From: an uncultured bacterium
GTDB lineage: Bacteria; Zhuqueibacterota; QNDG01; DTFT01
Assembly: GCA_963736115.1 (NCBI GenBank)
Contig: CAVTNR010000009.1
Span: 96,001-160,000 of the forward strand
Direction: 5' to 3'
DNA length: 64,000 nucleotides
In this document: positions 37,934 to 48,028 of the stretch, one piece after another
Layout: every line of letters begins with the position of its first letter
How positions within the stretch are numbered: the stretch's first letter is position 1
Notes under the pieces: generated by a model
Told to the model about the DNA's origin: nothing
The model's input: only the letters and a program-made list of their open reading frames with translations
Database searches by the model: none
Program-made: the position numbers and the translations under genes

Positions 37934-39402
37934 CTGTCCCCGCCCCCGCTGACGAGCAGAACACAGGATGGCTCCGGAGGCCCATCCGGATAGCACAGCA
38001 CGAGATCGGAACAGCCGTCACAGTTCAGGTCCGCAATCCGGACATGATCCGTTTTCGGAAACCGGAGGCGCACGGTCCGTCGGACATCCATCGGCCCCTT
38101 GGATCCGGCCGGTATGAGCCGCAATTCGTCTTCAGAAGCCCACAGCCCCACATCATCCTTTCCGTCCCCGTCGAAATCTCCGGCAAACGGGCGGGTGACC
38201 AGAGGCTCCGCGAAAAGAGCGGACAGGGTCCTGTTGAACGCAACGGTCACGGATCGGTCGGGTTTCGGAAGAAACCGGCCGTCCGGCGGGCAGTAGTGGA
38301 AATCAAAACGGTTCCGCACGCGCCGCGTCATGCCGTACCGGATAATGTCCGCCGTGCTTGATTCGAGGGAGACGAGGCACAGATCCGGACGTCCGTCCCC
38401 GTTGAAATCCGCGACCGCCCGGTCCCCGAAGAAACGGTTCCGCACCAGCACCTGATCCGGCGCGGAGTCCCAACCGGATTTCCGGTTGAGGTGCAGGCGC
38501 GCCCATCCCGGAGGCGTCAGCAGCCCGGCGGCCGGGGCTTCGATGACCAGCACGTCCGTGAGTCCGTCCGCGTCGAAGTCCCTGAATTCATAATCCCTGT
38601 TGCGAGAACGAGGGGCCGGATCTCCGCCCCATCCGGATTCGAATGCGGGCGCGGGGTCGCTTCGGACAAAGGCGCCGTCACGGAAGAGCAGCACAGCGTC
38701 GCCGTCGAGCGCCAGGGCCGCGTCTCCGGTCCCGTCCGCGTCCCAATCGCAGGGAACGGGGACCGGAAGGCTGAAAGAAAAAGCAGGCGCTCCGGATCGG
38801 ATCGTGGAGCGGAAAAGGTGGAAACCGCCCGGGATCCCGCCGGAGTCCGCGGATCCGGGCCGCATGGGACTGAATAGACGGATACCGTTTTCCGCGGGGA
38901 TCAGGAAAACCGGGTCTTCGGGTCCGGAAAGCGTGGAGGCAAAGGGCCATGCCTCGGGTCTGTCCGCCGCGGTTCCGGGAAATACGGTGCGCACCGAAAA
39001 AACGGGTTCCGCAGAAAACCCGGACCGTTCCGGTTCCGGAAAACGCATGGAACGGACTTCGGACGGAGTCAGTATCCAGACCGATGACCCGCGGCCTCCC
39101 GGCCCGGATACCCGATCGAACAAAACCGCGTCCGCGGGTAAAAACATGGATGAATCCGGAATGGAAGCGAAAGAACCGTGCCGATTCCGGAAAAACACCA
39201 GAGTTCCGGCCGGGTCACCGGGGCCGCGCCATGCCGCGGTCAGGTCGGTCCATCCGTCCCCGTCCGCGTCCGCCAGAACCGGAAGGGACGCGGGGCCGCC
39301 GAACCGGAGCACGAGGGAGCGGAAGGACATCGGTGACCGGCCGGCCGAAGGAGCGGCAAGCAGAAAAAGCAGGAAAGCGACGCCATGCCGCAAGCTTTTC
39401 AT
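37930..39402 (-). CDS. Secreted FG-GAP/VCBS repeat protein
   Basis: Signal peptide; six D.DGDG..D motifs (DADGDGWTD, DWDADGTGD, DFDADGLTD, DFNGDGRPD, DFDGDGKDD, DLNCDGCSD). Confidence 0.85.
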   Translation of the reverse strand: MKSLRHGVAFLLFLLAAPSAGRSPMSFRSLVLRFGGPASLPVLADADGDGWTDLTAAWRGPGDPAGTLVFFRNRHGSFASIPDSSMFLPADAVLFDRVSGPGGRGSSVWILTPSEVRSMRFPEPERSGFSAEPVFSVRTVFPGTAADRPEAWPFASTLSGPEDPVFLIPAENGIRLFSPMRPGSADSGGIPGGFHLFRSTIRSGAPAFSFSLPVPVPCDWDADGTGDAALALDGDAVLLFRDGAFVRSDPAPAFESGWGGDPAPRSRNRDYEFRDFDADGLTDVLVIEAPAAGLLTPPGWARLHLNRKSGWDSAPDQVLVRNRFFGDRAVADFNGDGRPDLCLVSLESSTADIIRYGMTRRVRNRFDFHYCPPDGRFLPKPDRSVTVAFNRTLSALFAEPLVTRPFAGDFDGDGKDDVGLWASEDELRLIPAGSKGPMDVRRTVRLRFPKTDHVRIADLNCDGCSDLVLCYPDGPPEPSCVLLVSGGGDR

Positions 39403-40266
39403 GAACGATGCCGCGGTTGGAATGGACCGTAAAGTGTGTGTGTCATGGATCCCGCCGGATCGGAAGGATCGAACCACACCGCGGACAACCGGCCGCCGGT
39501 CTGTCCCGGATTGACGGACAGGGTTTTACCGATGGTTTGCGCCCACGCGCCTGAGGCATCCGCGGATTCATGGATGTGGCCGTGCAGGGACAGCAGGGGA
39601 TTCTCCCGCATCAGAAAATCACGCACCGCGCGGCTTCCGGCCGGCCTTCCGTCCGCCAGCCGGTCCAGAACCGTTCCGAAAGGCGGCCCGTGCATGACGC
39701 AAACCGTTTTTCCGCTTTCCTCCCCCAGAGTCCAGGCCGCAAGGTCGTCTTCGATTGCCGGCCGTCCCGCGAAGAAGGAAGCTGAGTCGGTTTCCCCGAC
39801 GCGTCCGTCCACAGTCGTCACAATGCGGCCCGGGGAAGAAGGCGGCGCATCCCGCGAAAGATCGCGTTTTTCAAAATCCTTGAGCAGAAAAGGCGTCGGG
39901 GGAACGAAGGAATAACCGCGCAGAAGGAACCCGCCGGACGCGGGAACAGTCCGGTCCCGCGGTATCAGAATCAGGCCGTCGGGCTCCAATCCGATGAGGG
40001 ACGGCAATGCGCCCATCCAGTCGTCATTACCCGGAATGGCGTACAGACGGGCGCCGGCTTTGTCGCGAATCCGGACCGCGAAATCCCGCAGAAATGATTG
40101 CGCAAATCCGGCCTGCATGTTCAAGACCGGTCGGCCCGCGACCTTTCCTCGGGAGCAGGTCGCCCCCCAGTATCACGGTGTCGCAATGCCTCGATTCGGC
40201 CAGACCGGCCAGCTCCAGGAACAGGGTCTCGTGACCGTGCAGGTCCGAGGCATAGCACCAGGTCAT
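39399..40266 (-). CDS. Calcineurin-like metallophosphoesterase with one frameshift near 40120-40150
   Basis: SDLHG and GGD in one frame; PGNDD, HGPP, HGHIHE and VNPG in the next; ATGA overlaps at both ends. Confidence 0.8.
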
Positions 40267-42131
40267 AGGGCCGTGGCCCCCAGCAGATCGTCGATTTCAA
40301 CGGCCAGAATGGAATTGATGTCCCTGCGGAAACCCATGTGCGAAAAATGAATCCGGCCGTCCCGGTCGATCAGGAAAAGGGCCGGCACGCCGGACAGGCG
40401 GTACGTCTGCTCCACGCCGCTGTTCAGCAGAACCGGAAGAACGATATTGTCCTTCCGGACGGCGCTCCGGACATCGGTTTTATTGCGGTCCATGGCCACG
40501 GTCAGAAAGAGTATGCTGCGGCCGTACTGGCCTGCCAGCGCATCGAGTTCTTCCATGAGCTTCATGGACGACTGACTCCAGGACGCCCAGAAGCAGAGCA
40601 GGACCACATTACCCTGCTGGTCCGAGAGCCGGACGCGTCCGCCCCGCGCGTCCTCGAGCAGAAAGTCCGGCGCGAGCCGCACCGAGCGCCTGCCGAGTAT
40701 GCGATCCCGGCTGGCGGTTTCGATCCACCGGGCCTGTTCGTCCAGGGACGCATCCGCCAGGAGCGTGTCGCGGCCCGTTTTTTTCCACAGGGAGCGGAAT
40801 GCCGCGTAAGCCGCGTCGCCGACCTCCCCGGAGAAAGCGGCCGCGCGGCCGTACTGGACCAACGCGTCCTCCCGCCGGCCGGCTTTTTCCAGCGCAATGC
40901 CCAGATGATAGAATGCCTTGCCCTGCAGAGGACCCTTCACGGCCTCCTGCAGTTCGGAGACGGCCGGAACGATTTCCCCCCTCTGGACATGCACCCAGCC
41001 GAGCACGGCGCGGAATCTGGACTCGGCCTCTTCGCGCTCCTCAACCGCTTCCGCCGATCCTCCTGCCGCGGCTTGTTCCGCGGCCAGAATTTCCATGGCC
41101 CGGCCCGCATAGGACAGGGACCGGTCCGGCTCGATTCCGAGGTCCGCGAACACGCCGGCCAGGCCGGCGAGCCCGTGGGCGCCGGTCAGCGTTGCCGCAC
41201 CGCGGAGCAGGCGGTCACCCGCGGCCGCCATGACCCGGCTGTCCCCGGTCTCGATGACCGCGGAAACGATCTGGCTCAGGGCCGGCTCCACGAATGAGGA
41301 CCCGGGAAAATCGGCGACAAACTGCTCCAGGCTCCGGATTCTCGCGTCCGCGTCCTCGATTCCGAGTATTTGCGTAAATCGCTTCCGGGCCGCGAGATCG
41401 CCTTTCGGGTCGCGGTCGATCTGGGACTTTTCCAGGGCTTCCGCCTTTTCCGTCCGGCCCATCATCCGGTAGGCGCTGACCGCGAACCGGACCGCGGACT
41501 CGCGGTCCTTTCCGGCGGCCAGAACGGAATCGATTTCCGCCTCGACACTGCGGCGTGTCGCTTCGTCGAAACCGCTGGTTTTCAGGCGGGCGGACGCGAG
41601 CAGCAGCCGGCCGGAATAATTTTTCGGATGGAACCGAAGTTCCCTGCGAAACGCCTCGATGGCCAGGGTCAGTTTTTCAGGCCTCAGTTCCGAAATGCCG
41701 GTGTAGGAAATGCCGATGGCCTCATAGGCGCCGAAAACAGGACGGCCCGCCGCGTCGACGACCGGCGCGTCGAACAGGTCCTGCCCGAGGTCGGGTCGGG
41801 TCCGCTCTCCGGCTGAATCAACGGTTTCGAAAGTGAAGAAGAGCGCCTTGATGCTGGTGTCCTTCAAGCTGTACCAAGCCCTCCAGACTCCGGTGGTCCG
41901 GGTCATTGGAATTTCGAAAGGGGGATCCGGCAGGCGCGGGAAAACCTGGAGCACAGGCGTTTCGCCCTCAACCAAACCTTCGGGAATCAGGGCCGGATCC
42001 AGCCGGAAGGAGATGTTTTCCCCATACCGGGGAGGAGCGTCGATTCCCGCGGCCTCGCGGCCGGAATCGGCCCCGATGCAGGCGGGGACAACAGCCGCGA
42101 AAACCAGTACAAACCGGATGATCCTTTTCAT
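40263..42131 (-). CDS. Secreted TPR-repeat protein with C-terminal TlpA/redoxin-like domain lacking CxxC
   Basis: Signal peptide, helical TPR-like repeats, APDF.L...VRLSD..G.VVLL.FWASWSQSS, GVP..FLIDRDG. Confidence 0.8.
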   Translation of the reverse strand: MKRIIRFVLVFAAVVPACIGADSGREAAGIDAPPRYGENISFRLDPALIPEGLVEGETPVLQVFPRLPDPPFEIPMTRTTGVWRAWYSLKDTSIKALFFTFETVDSAGERTRPDLGQDLFDAPVVDAAGRPVFGAYEAIGISYTGISELRPEKLTLAIEAFRRELRFHPKNYSGRLLLASARLKTSGFDEATRRSVEAEIDSVLAAGKDRESAVRFAVSAYRMMGRTEKAEALEKSQIDRDPKGDLAARKRFTQILGIEDADARIRSLEQFVADFPGSSFVEPALSQIVSAVIETGDSRVMAAAGDRLLRGAATLTGAHGLAGLAGVFADLGIEPDRSLSYAGRAMEILAAEQAAAGGSAEAVEEREEAESRFRAVLGWVHVQRGEIVPAVSELQEAVKGPLQGKAFYHLGIALEKAGRREDALVQYGRAAAFSGEVGDAAYAAFRSLWKKTGRDTLLADASLDEQARWIETASRDRILGRRSVRLAPDFLLEDARGGRVRLSDQQGNVVLLCFWASWSQSSMKLMEELDALAGQYGRSILFLTVAMDRNKTDVRSAVRKDNIVLPVLLNSGVEQTYRLSGVPALFLIDRDGRIHFSHMGFRRDINSILAVEIDDLLGATAL

Positions 42132-42203
42132 GTAAACCTCCCAATGACGGGGGAATGACGTTAAAACTGCTGCGTGTCCGCCCGGCGGCACAGCTGAATG
42201 AAA

Positions 42204-43190
42204 TCAGGCGTTCTGAAGAGATAGGGCGGCCGGCTGCGCCAGGCCCAGTTCCCTGGCCGCGATTCCGAAACGCAGACCCCGGTCGCTCACCTTCACGGAC
42301 GGGATTCCGGCTGATTCCATCCAGATCCGGAGAATGAAAAGGCCGGCCGTCAGAATATCGGCCCGGTCCGGACCGAAGGTTTTTACAGTCTCACGGCGGA
42401 CGGATCGCGGCTGGCCGGCCAGTTTTTCCGCCCAGGTCCGCACGATCCGTACCCCCAGTTCCGTTCCGTCCACAACCGCGGCGTCGTACCGGTCAAGACC
42501 GAGTTCCAGGCCGGCCAGGGTTGTGGCCGTTCCTCCCACGCAGATGAAGGGAACGGACGGATCCTGAAGCGGGATGTCCGCCGCGAACGCGGAACGGATT
42601 GCATCCGTCATCATCGCCAGTTCAGCCGCTGAAGGCGGATCGCTCTTCAGATGCTTTTCCGTCAAAGTCACGGCGCCGATGGGCACACTGCGGGTTTGGT
42701 TGAGCACGGGGCCGTCTCCCGCGGCCCATTCCGTGCTCCCGCCCCCGATATCCATCACCACCGAGCGACCGGTTCCGGCAAGGCCGTGTACCACACCCAT
42801 GTAACTCCAGGCCGCCTCATCCTGTTCCTGAAGGACCTCTATTTTCAGGCCCGTTTCCCGGAGCAGCGCGGCCAGGGCCTCCTGACGGTTCGCGGCGGCC
42901 CTGAAAACCTGGGTGCCCGTGCACACGGGCGTTCCCGCTCCTGCCGCCCGGGCCAGCTCCTTCCACTCGGACAGAACCGCCGCTGTCCGCTCGATTTCTT
43001 CCTTGCCGATACGGCCCGAAGAAGCCAGACCGCGGCCGAGCCGCGTGGTCCGGATTTCCTGACGGATCGGCCGGACAACGGTTCCGTCGCTTTCCGCGAG
43101 CAGGAAGAGAACGGAATTCGTTCCGATGTCGATGACTGCAACCGGTCCGTTTTGCGGCAGGGAGCCGGGGCCCGCGGTTTGCGGGATCAC
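42204..43190 (-). CDS. Ppx/GppA phosphatase family protein
   Basis: IDIGTNS, TRLG, DIGGGSTE, GGTATTL, RADIL, GLRFG. Confidence 0.92.
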   Translation of the reverse strand: MIPQTAGPGSLPQNGPVAVIDIGTNSVLFLLAESDGTVVRPIRQEIRTTRLGRGLASSGRIGKEEIERTAAVLSEWKELARAAGAGTPVCTGTQVFRAAANRQEALAALLRETGLKIEVLQEQDEAAWSYMGVVHGLAGTGRSVVMDIGGGSTEWAAGDGPVLNQTRSVPIGAVTLTEKHLKSDPPSAAELAMMTDAIRSAFAADIPLQDPSVPFICVGGTATTLAGLELGLDRYDAAVVDGTELGVRIVRTWAEKLAGQPRSVRRETVKTFGPDRADILTAGLFILRIWMESAGIPSVKVSDRGLRFGIAARELGLAQPAALSLQNA

Positions 43191-43194
43191 GGGA

Positions 43195-43953
43195 TCACTC
43201 CCCGGTCCTGAAACGGACCGTCCCGTTTTCCACCTCCAGCGGCGGGCTTTCGGCCGTGAATTCTCGGTCCCCGAATCCCGATATGTTCACCACGAATCCC
43301 AGTAGCCAGTCCCCGGCGGATTTGACCGGCGATCGCTTGCGACTGATGGACTTGGCGTTCAGGTCGTCCACTTCTCCGGAAAGCCAGCGGCCGATCTCGT
43401 GAAGGCTCTCCACGGACATGGGCTCGAACACCGCGCGGACCAGGATGTGATAGGTACGCCCCGGTTTCAGCCTGTCACGCCGCACAAGGCCGACGCCGCG
43501 GATGCGGCAGCAGTCGCGCTCCGCGGCCGTGTCCTCCTGAAACCGGGCCGTTCCGCCTGGACGCATCACCGTATAGCATCTTTCCCAGTTGTCGTATCCG
43601 AGCTTCATCCGCAGGACCGTCTCGTCGACGACCGCGTCGAACCATCCTTCGCGTTCGCCCCAGACCTGGATTTGGTATTCCAGGCCGGCGGTCATGCCCT
43701 TCTTGAGCGAGCGGAAAGTCTCACGGTCGAACAGACCGGACATTTCGAATCCGACGACCACCGTGTCCCCTGATACGCGGACGCTGTCGAACCGGCACTG
43801 GCCGGCGACGGTCCGGCCGGACAGAAGGAGCAAAGCGGATAGAACCGCCGGCCGCAGACCGCGAACCGGACCGCGGGAAAATCGGGACCGCGCCCGACGC
43901 TGCGGAATCGGCCCCGATCGGACCTCAACTATTTCTCCTGCGGAACTGGGCAA
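43195..43953 (-). CDS. DUF4390-like exported protein
   Basis: Hydrophobic signal segment; SLKKG....LEYQI...WFD...LGYDNW pattern; start uncertain. Confidence 0.6.
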   Translation of the reverse strand: MPSSAGEIVEVRSGPIPQRRARSRFSRGPVRGLRPAVLSALLLLSGRTVAGQCRFDSVRVSGDTVVVGFEMSGLFDRETFRSLKKGMTAGLEYQIQVWGEREGWFDAVVDETVLRMKLGYDNWERCYTVMRPGGTARFQEDTAAERDCCRIRGVGLVRRDRLKPGRTYHILVRAVFEPMSVESLHEIGRWLSGEVDDLNAKSISRKRSPVKSAGDWLLGFVVNISGFGDREFTAESPPLEVENGTVRFRTGE

Positions 43954-43955
43954 GG

Positions 43956-45155
43956 TCAGTAGGTCATTATCATTTTCCGGGTCCGGGTGAACGTCCCGTC
44001 CGCGGATCGGACTTCAAGCCTGTAGAAATAAACGCCGCTGGGCATGCGTCTGCCGGCCTTGTCCGTGCCGTTCCAGACGACGCGGTGGTTGCCCGGGGAG
44101 CGGAATCCGGATTCCAGAACAGTCACCGGCTTTCCGAGAATGTCGAGCACCGTCAGGGTCACATCCCCTGCCGCGGTCAGCCGGTAATGCATGGCCGTGG
44201 CGGGATTGAACGGGTTCGGGTGGTTCTGGCCCAGTTCGCAACGCTCCGGCAGTACAGCGGTCGGACCGCATCCGGGGTCGCATTCCACCGCGCTCGGCAC
44301 ATTGGTCGAGGCAAGCCTCATGAGAAATCCCGCGTCCGTGAACTGGGAATTTTTTTCACTCGAGTGGCTGGCCGCTTCGAGAACCAGTCCGACATCCTTC
44401 GCGTACCAGTCATACACAATGAGCGTGTCCACGCTCAGCGTCAGGTAAGTGCCGAACAGCAACGCCTTGAGCGTCAGATGCCGCGTGGCCTTCACCCGCA
44501 CGCAGTCAAAAGCGCCGAGCGGAATCGTCAGGCGGCCTGCGGCGTCGACTTCCATGACGGAGCTGTCCTTCGTGACCAGCGTGGTCGACAGTGCCCCGAT
44601 CGAGGCGGGCGCGGAAAACTCGTACTTCTTGAGCCATGTCTTCCCGATGGCCATGGGGAAGGCCAGTTCGGCGCACGGCTGGGTGAAGGCGAACCCGCCC
44701 GCATAAATGGGGGACACGGCGCCCATTCCGTTCCCCTGAAGAATGCCGTCCGCCGGAAGCATCTTCTGATAATAATACACTTCAAAGAAGCCTTCCAGTC
44801 CGGAGGGGAAAACGATGGGGATGGGATCAACGGACAGCCATTGCCAGGTTTTGATTGCCCGCTCCGCTCCGGGCACGGATGCGCCGTAAAGCGTCTCGGA
44901 AGGGAGGACATAGTCCATTCCGATCTGCCTGCCGTGAATGGCCTGGGTAAAATCCCATGTCTGGTTCTCTCCGGCCGGGCCGATGACCACGGCCGCGTGA
45001 CCCGTGGTGTCCGTATCCAGGCGGTTGCGTGTTCCGACGTCCGGGTAATCCTCAAGCTGGAGCGTGACTGTCGCGGCCGTGAAGCTGGACGCGCCGAAGA
45101 CTGCCAGAGCGAGAAGCCACCTGCGGATTCCGAAAGAATGCGTTTTGGGTTTCAT
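43956..45155 (-). CDS. Secreted protein with C-terminal T9SS type A / FlgD-Ig sorting-like domain
   Basis: Signal peptide; GPAGENQTWDF, G.LTIP.G.FD; C-terminal QNHPNPFNP...WNGTD..G...SGVYFYRL...RKM. Confidence 0.8.
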   Translation of the reverse strand: MKPKTHSFGIRRWLLALAVFGASSFTAATVTLQLEDYPDVGTRNRLDTDTTGHAAVVIGPAGENQTWDFTQAIHGRQIGMDYVLPSETLYGASVPGAERAIKTWQWLSVDPIPIVFPSGLEGFFEVYYYQKMLPADGILQGNGMGAVSPIYAGGFAFTQPCAELAFPMAIGKTWLKKYEFSAPASIGALSTTLVTKDSSVMEVDAAGRLTIPLGAFDCVRVKATRHLTLKALLFGTYLTLSVDTLIVYDWYAKDVGLVLEAASHSSEKNSQFTDAGFLMRLASTNVPSAVECDPGCGPTAVLPERCELGQNHPNPFNPATAMHYRLTAAGDVTLTVLDILGKPVTVLESGFRSPGNHRVVWNGTDKAGRRMPSGVYFYRLEVRSADGTFTRTRKMIMTY

Positions 45156-45328
45156 ATGGAAAAACCTCCCCTTTCCTGCTATGTGCATTCGAAAAGACGG
45201 CCGGGCACGCCTTCTGACTTCCGGGTCGCCACGGCCGCGTTTCCCCCGGCCTGTCCGGGGTGGAAACCGGGCTCAGGCCTGAAACCGGCTTGCGGCTGGA
45301 CCGCCCTGATGCCGGTCCCGGCCGGCCG

Positions 45329-46696
45329 CTATCCGCGTCCTCCGGCCAATGCTTCCACCTCACGGACGAAACCGTCCGCCAGACGGCCCGCTTCCTCCGC
45401 GGTTTTCGCTTCAGTCATGATGCGGATGATGGGTTCGGTGTTCGATTTGCGTATCTGAATCCAGGAGTCCGGCCTCTCGATCTTGAGGCCGTCCATCCAG
45501 TTACACGTCTCGGAAGCGTACTTTTCTCCCAATTTTTTCAATAAATTGTCCGGATCCGCGCTTCCGATTTCCAGCTTCTTCTTGGCCATGAAATAACGCG
45601 GCAGTTCTTCGCGCAGGCCGGACACGGTTTTTCCCGACTCGGCCATGGCCTGCAGGGTCAGGGCCACGGCCACGGGCGCGTCCCGGCCGAGGTGCACTTC
45701 GGGCAGGATCACGCCGCCGTTCCCCTCGCCGCCCACGGCCGCCCCGATCTCCTTCATTTTCTTGGCCACGTGGATCTCGCCGACCTTGGTCCGCACCACG
45801 GGAACACCCGCCCGTGCCGCCACGTCGTCCACGGCCCGCGTGGTGGACACATTCACCACCACGGTTCCCCTCTTCTTCGTGAGCACGAACCGGGAGGCGA
45901 GCGTCACCGTGTATTCCTCTCCGATGAACTCGCCTCTTTCGGATACGATGGCGCACCGATCCACGTCCGGATCCACGGCGAAACCCACGTCCGATTTTGT
46001 CGAGCGGACGAAATCGGAAAGGCCTGTGAGGTTCTGGGCGAGCGGCTCGGGCGTGTGGCTGAACCGTCCATGCGGCTCCGCGTTCAGGGCCGCGATCTCG
46101 CACCCGAAAGCCGAGAGCAGGTCCGGCAGGATGACCCCGCCCGCGCCGTTGACGGAATCGAAGGCCGCCTTGAATTTCCGCTTCCGGATGAGGCCGACAT
46201 CGATGAACGGGATGGCCAGCACGGCTTCGATGTGATCCTGCACCGCGTCCGTCCTGGACGAGGCCTGTCCGACCTTGTCCCAGGGTTTATAGGCGAACGC
46301 GCCCGATTCCGCGATCCGTTTGATTTCCAGGCCCTGCTCCTCGTCGAGGAACATGCCGGTCTTGTCGAGAAGCTTGAGCGCGTTCCATTCCGCGGGATTG
46401 TGGCTGGCCGTGATGACGATGCCGCCGGCCGCGCCGTGGCGCTCCGTGGCGAGCTGAACCGTGGGCGTGGGCACGATGCCCAGGTCCACGGGATCGCACC
46501 CCACGGACATGAGCGCCGAGAACACCGCGCCCCGGACCATTTCGCCCGTGACGCGCGAATCCCTGCCGACCATCACCTTCCCGGGGCCGTACAACGTGCC
46601 TGCCGCGGCCGTGTAACGGACGAGCAGTTCGGGCGTGAGACCGTCTCCGACAATGCCGCGGATTCCGGAGACGCTGATCATGACGGGTTTGGGCAT
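45329..46696 (-). CDS. glmM: Phosphoglucosamine mutase / phosphohexomutase
   Basis: SVSGIRG, GRDSR, TASHNP, DPDVDR, GGEGNGG, RKSNTEP. Confidence 0.85.
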   Translation of the reverse strand: MPKPVMISVSGIRGIVGDGLTPELLVRYTAAAGTLYGPGKVMVGRDSRVTGEMVRGAVFSALMSVGCDPVDLGIVPTPTVQLATERHGAAGGIVITASHNPAEWNALKLLDKTGMFLDEEQGLEIKRIAESGAFAYKPWDKVGQASSRTDAVQDHIEAVLAIPFIDVGLIRKRKFKAAFDSVNGAGGVILPDLLSAFGCEIAALNAEPHGRFSHTPEPLAQNLTGLSDFVRSTKSDVGFAVDPDVDRCAIVSERGEFIGEEYTVTLASRFVLTKKRGTVVVNVSTTRAVDDVAARAGVPVVRTKVGEIHVAKKMKEIGAAVGGEGNGGVILPEVHLGRDAPVAVALTLQAMAESGKTVSGLREELPRYFMAKKKLEIGSADPDNLLKKLGEKYASETCNWMDGLKIERPDSWIQIRKSNTEPIIRIMTEAKTAEEAGRLADGFVREVEALAGGRG

Positions 46697-46837
46697 GCAG
46701 TCCATTCCTGAATGGTTGGTTTTCGGTCTTAATGTAATATTAATTTTGGACTTTGGCAATAAGGATGTAAAAAGGAACGATCCTATCGCCGCTGGGGGGA
46801 TTTCGTTTCAGGCGAGCGGTTCGGCGATGGATGCCGG

Positions 46838-48028
46838 TCAATCCGTAAACTTTTTCAACAACCGCGAAAGAAGAAAAGCGCACCCCGCCCCGAAACCCGC
46901 GAGCCCCACAATGTGCGGCAGAACGGCCTCGAAGCCCCTGCCGTACGAGATCAGGAGGTGCAGGCCGCGGAGCGCGATGCCGGACGGCAGAACCAGGGCC
47001 ACCTTCTGCATCCAGGCCGGCGCGATCTCGAGGGGCCACCAGCATCCCGAAACGGCCGCCATGAACAGGCCGGAGACGATGGCGATGCCGATCAGCTTGT
47101 CATGCTCTTTAACCGCGAACCCGAGACAAAGCCCCATGGCGGCGACGCAGACGCAATAGGCCGCGACGAGCAGAAGAAGGCCGGGGAGCGAAGAGCCGTA
47201 ATACACACCGAAAGCGAACCGGCCGATCAGGAGCAGAAGCCCGGCCTGAAACAGGCCGAGAGTCGACGCGCCGGCGAGCTTGGAAAGGAAGAGCTGACGG
47301 AATCCGACGGGTGCGGTCCGTATCCGCTTCAGCACGCCTTTCCTGCGCTCCTCGTAGATGAAGGATCCGGCGTACACAAACAGAAAAATCATCCCGAACT
47401 GGACTATGTTGGCTGGCACCTGCTGGGAGAACCCGGACGGTATAACACGGTGGCGTCCCGCGTAGGACGTCTGAACCGTGACCCGCGGGCTCCGGCCGTC
47501 CAGTCCGGACAGTGATTTTTGCGTGATCCTTTTTCCGGACGCCGAGGTTTCGGCCGCGTCCGCGAGCAGGCGGAAGGACGCCTTGCGCACGGCCATGATC
47601 GCCGTCTGCTCGGCTTCGATGTTGGAATCCGGGCATTTGCGGAGCACCAGATGGACCTTTTCCCCGCGGAGCAGGCTGTCCGTGAACCCGGCGGGAATGA
47701 TCAGGGCGCGGACCAGCTCCGACCCGGGCCGGCCTGAAGCGGAATCCGTCACCACGGCTCCGGAAGCCGGCCGGAACACGCTGTTCAGGGAATCGAGGAT
47801 GACGTTTTCAGAACCGATGGACGCGATCAGTCTCTGCGAGAGGAATCCTGCGTCCCGGTTCTCCACCGCGAGGCTGGCCCAGGACCGGCTCGGATCGTTA
47901 CCGCCGCGGAACGCGCTGCCGAAAATGAAGATATAGACAACCGGCATGATGAACATCCAGAAAAGCGTGGCCTTATCCCTGAAGCAGACGACCCAGAACT
48001 GCCGGATCAGATGTCCCGTCACGCCCAT
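46838..48028 (-). CDS. ABC-2 family exporter permease
   Basis: TM, large extracytoplasmic loop, EERRKGVLKR, GCWWPLE..P.W. Confidence 0.88.
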   Translation of the reverse strand: MGVTGHLIRQFWVVCFRDKATLFWMFIMPVVYIFIFGSAFRGGNDPSRSWASLAVENRDAGFLSQRLIASIGSENVILDSLNSVFRPASGAVVTDSASGRPGSELVRALIIPAGFTDSLLRGEKVHLVLRKCPDSNIEAEQTAIMAVRKASFRLLADAAETSASGKRITQKSLSGLDGRSPRVTVQTSYAGRHRVIPSGFSQQVPANIVQFGMIFLFVYAGSFIYEERRKGVLKRIRTAPVGFRQLFLSKLAGASTLGLFQAGLLLLIGRFAFGVYYGSSLPGLLLLVAAYCVCVAAMGLCLGFAVKEHDKLIGIAIVSGLFMAAVSGCWWPLEIAPAWMQKVALVLPSGIALRGLHLLISYGRGFEAVLPHIVGLAGFGAGCAFLLSRLLKKFTD

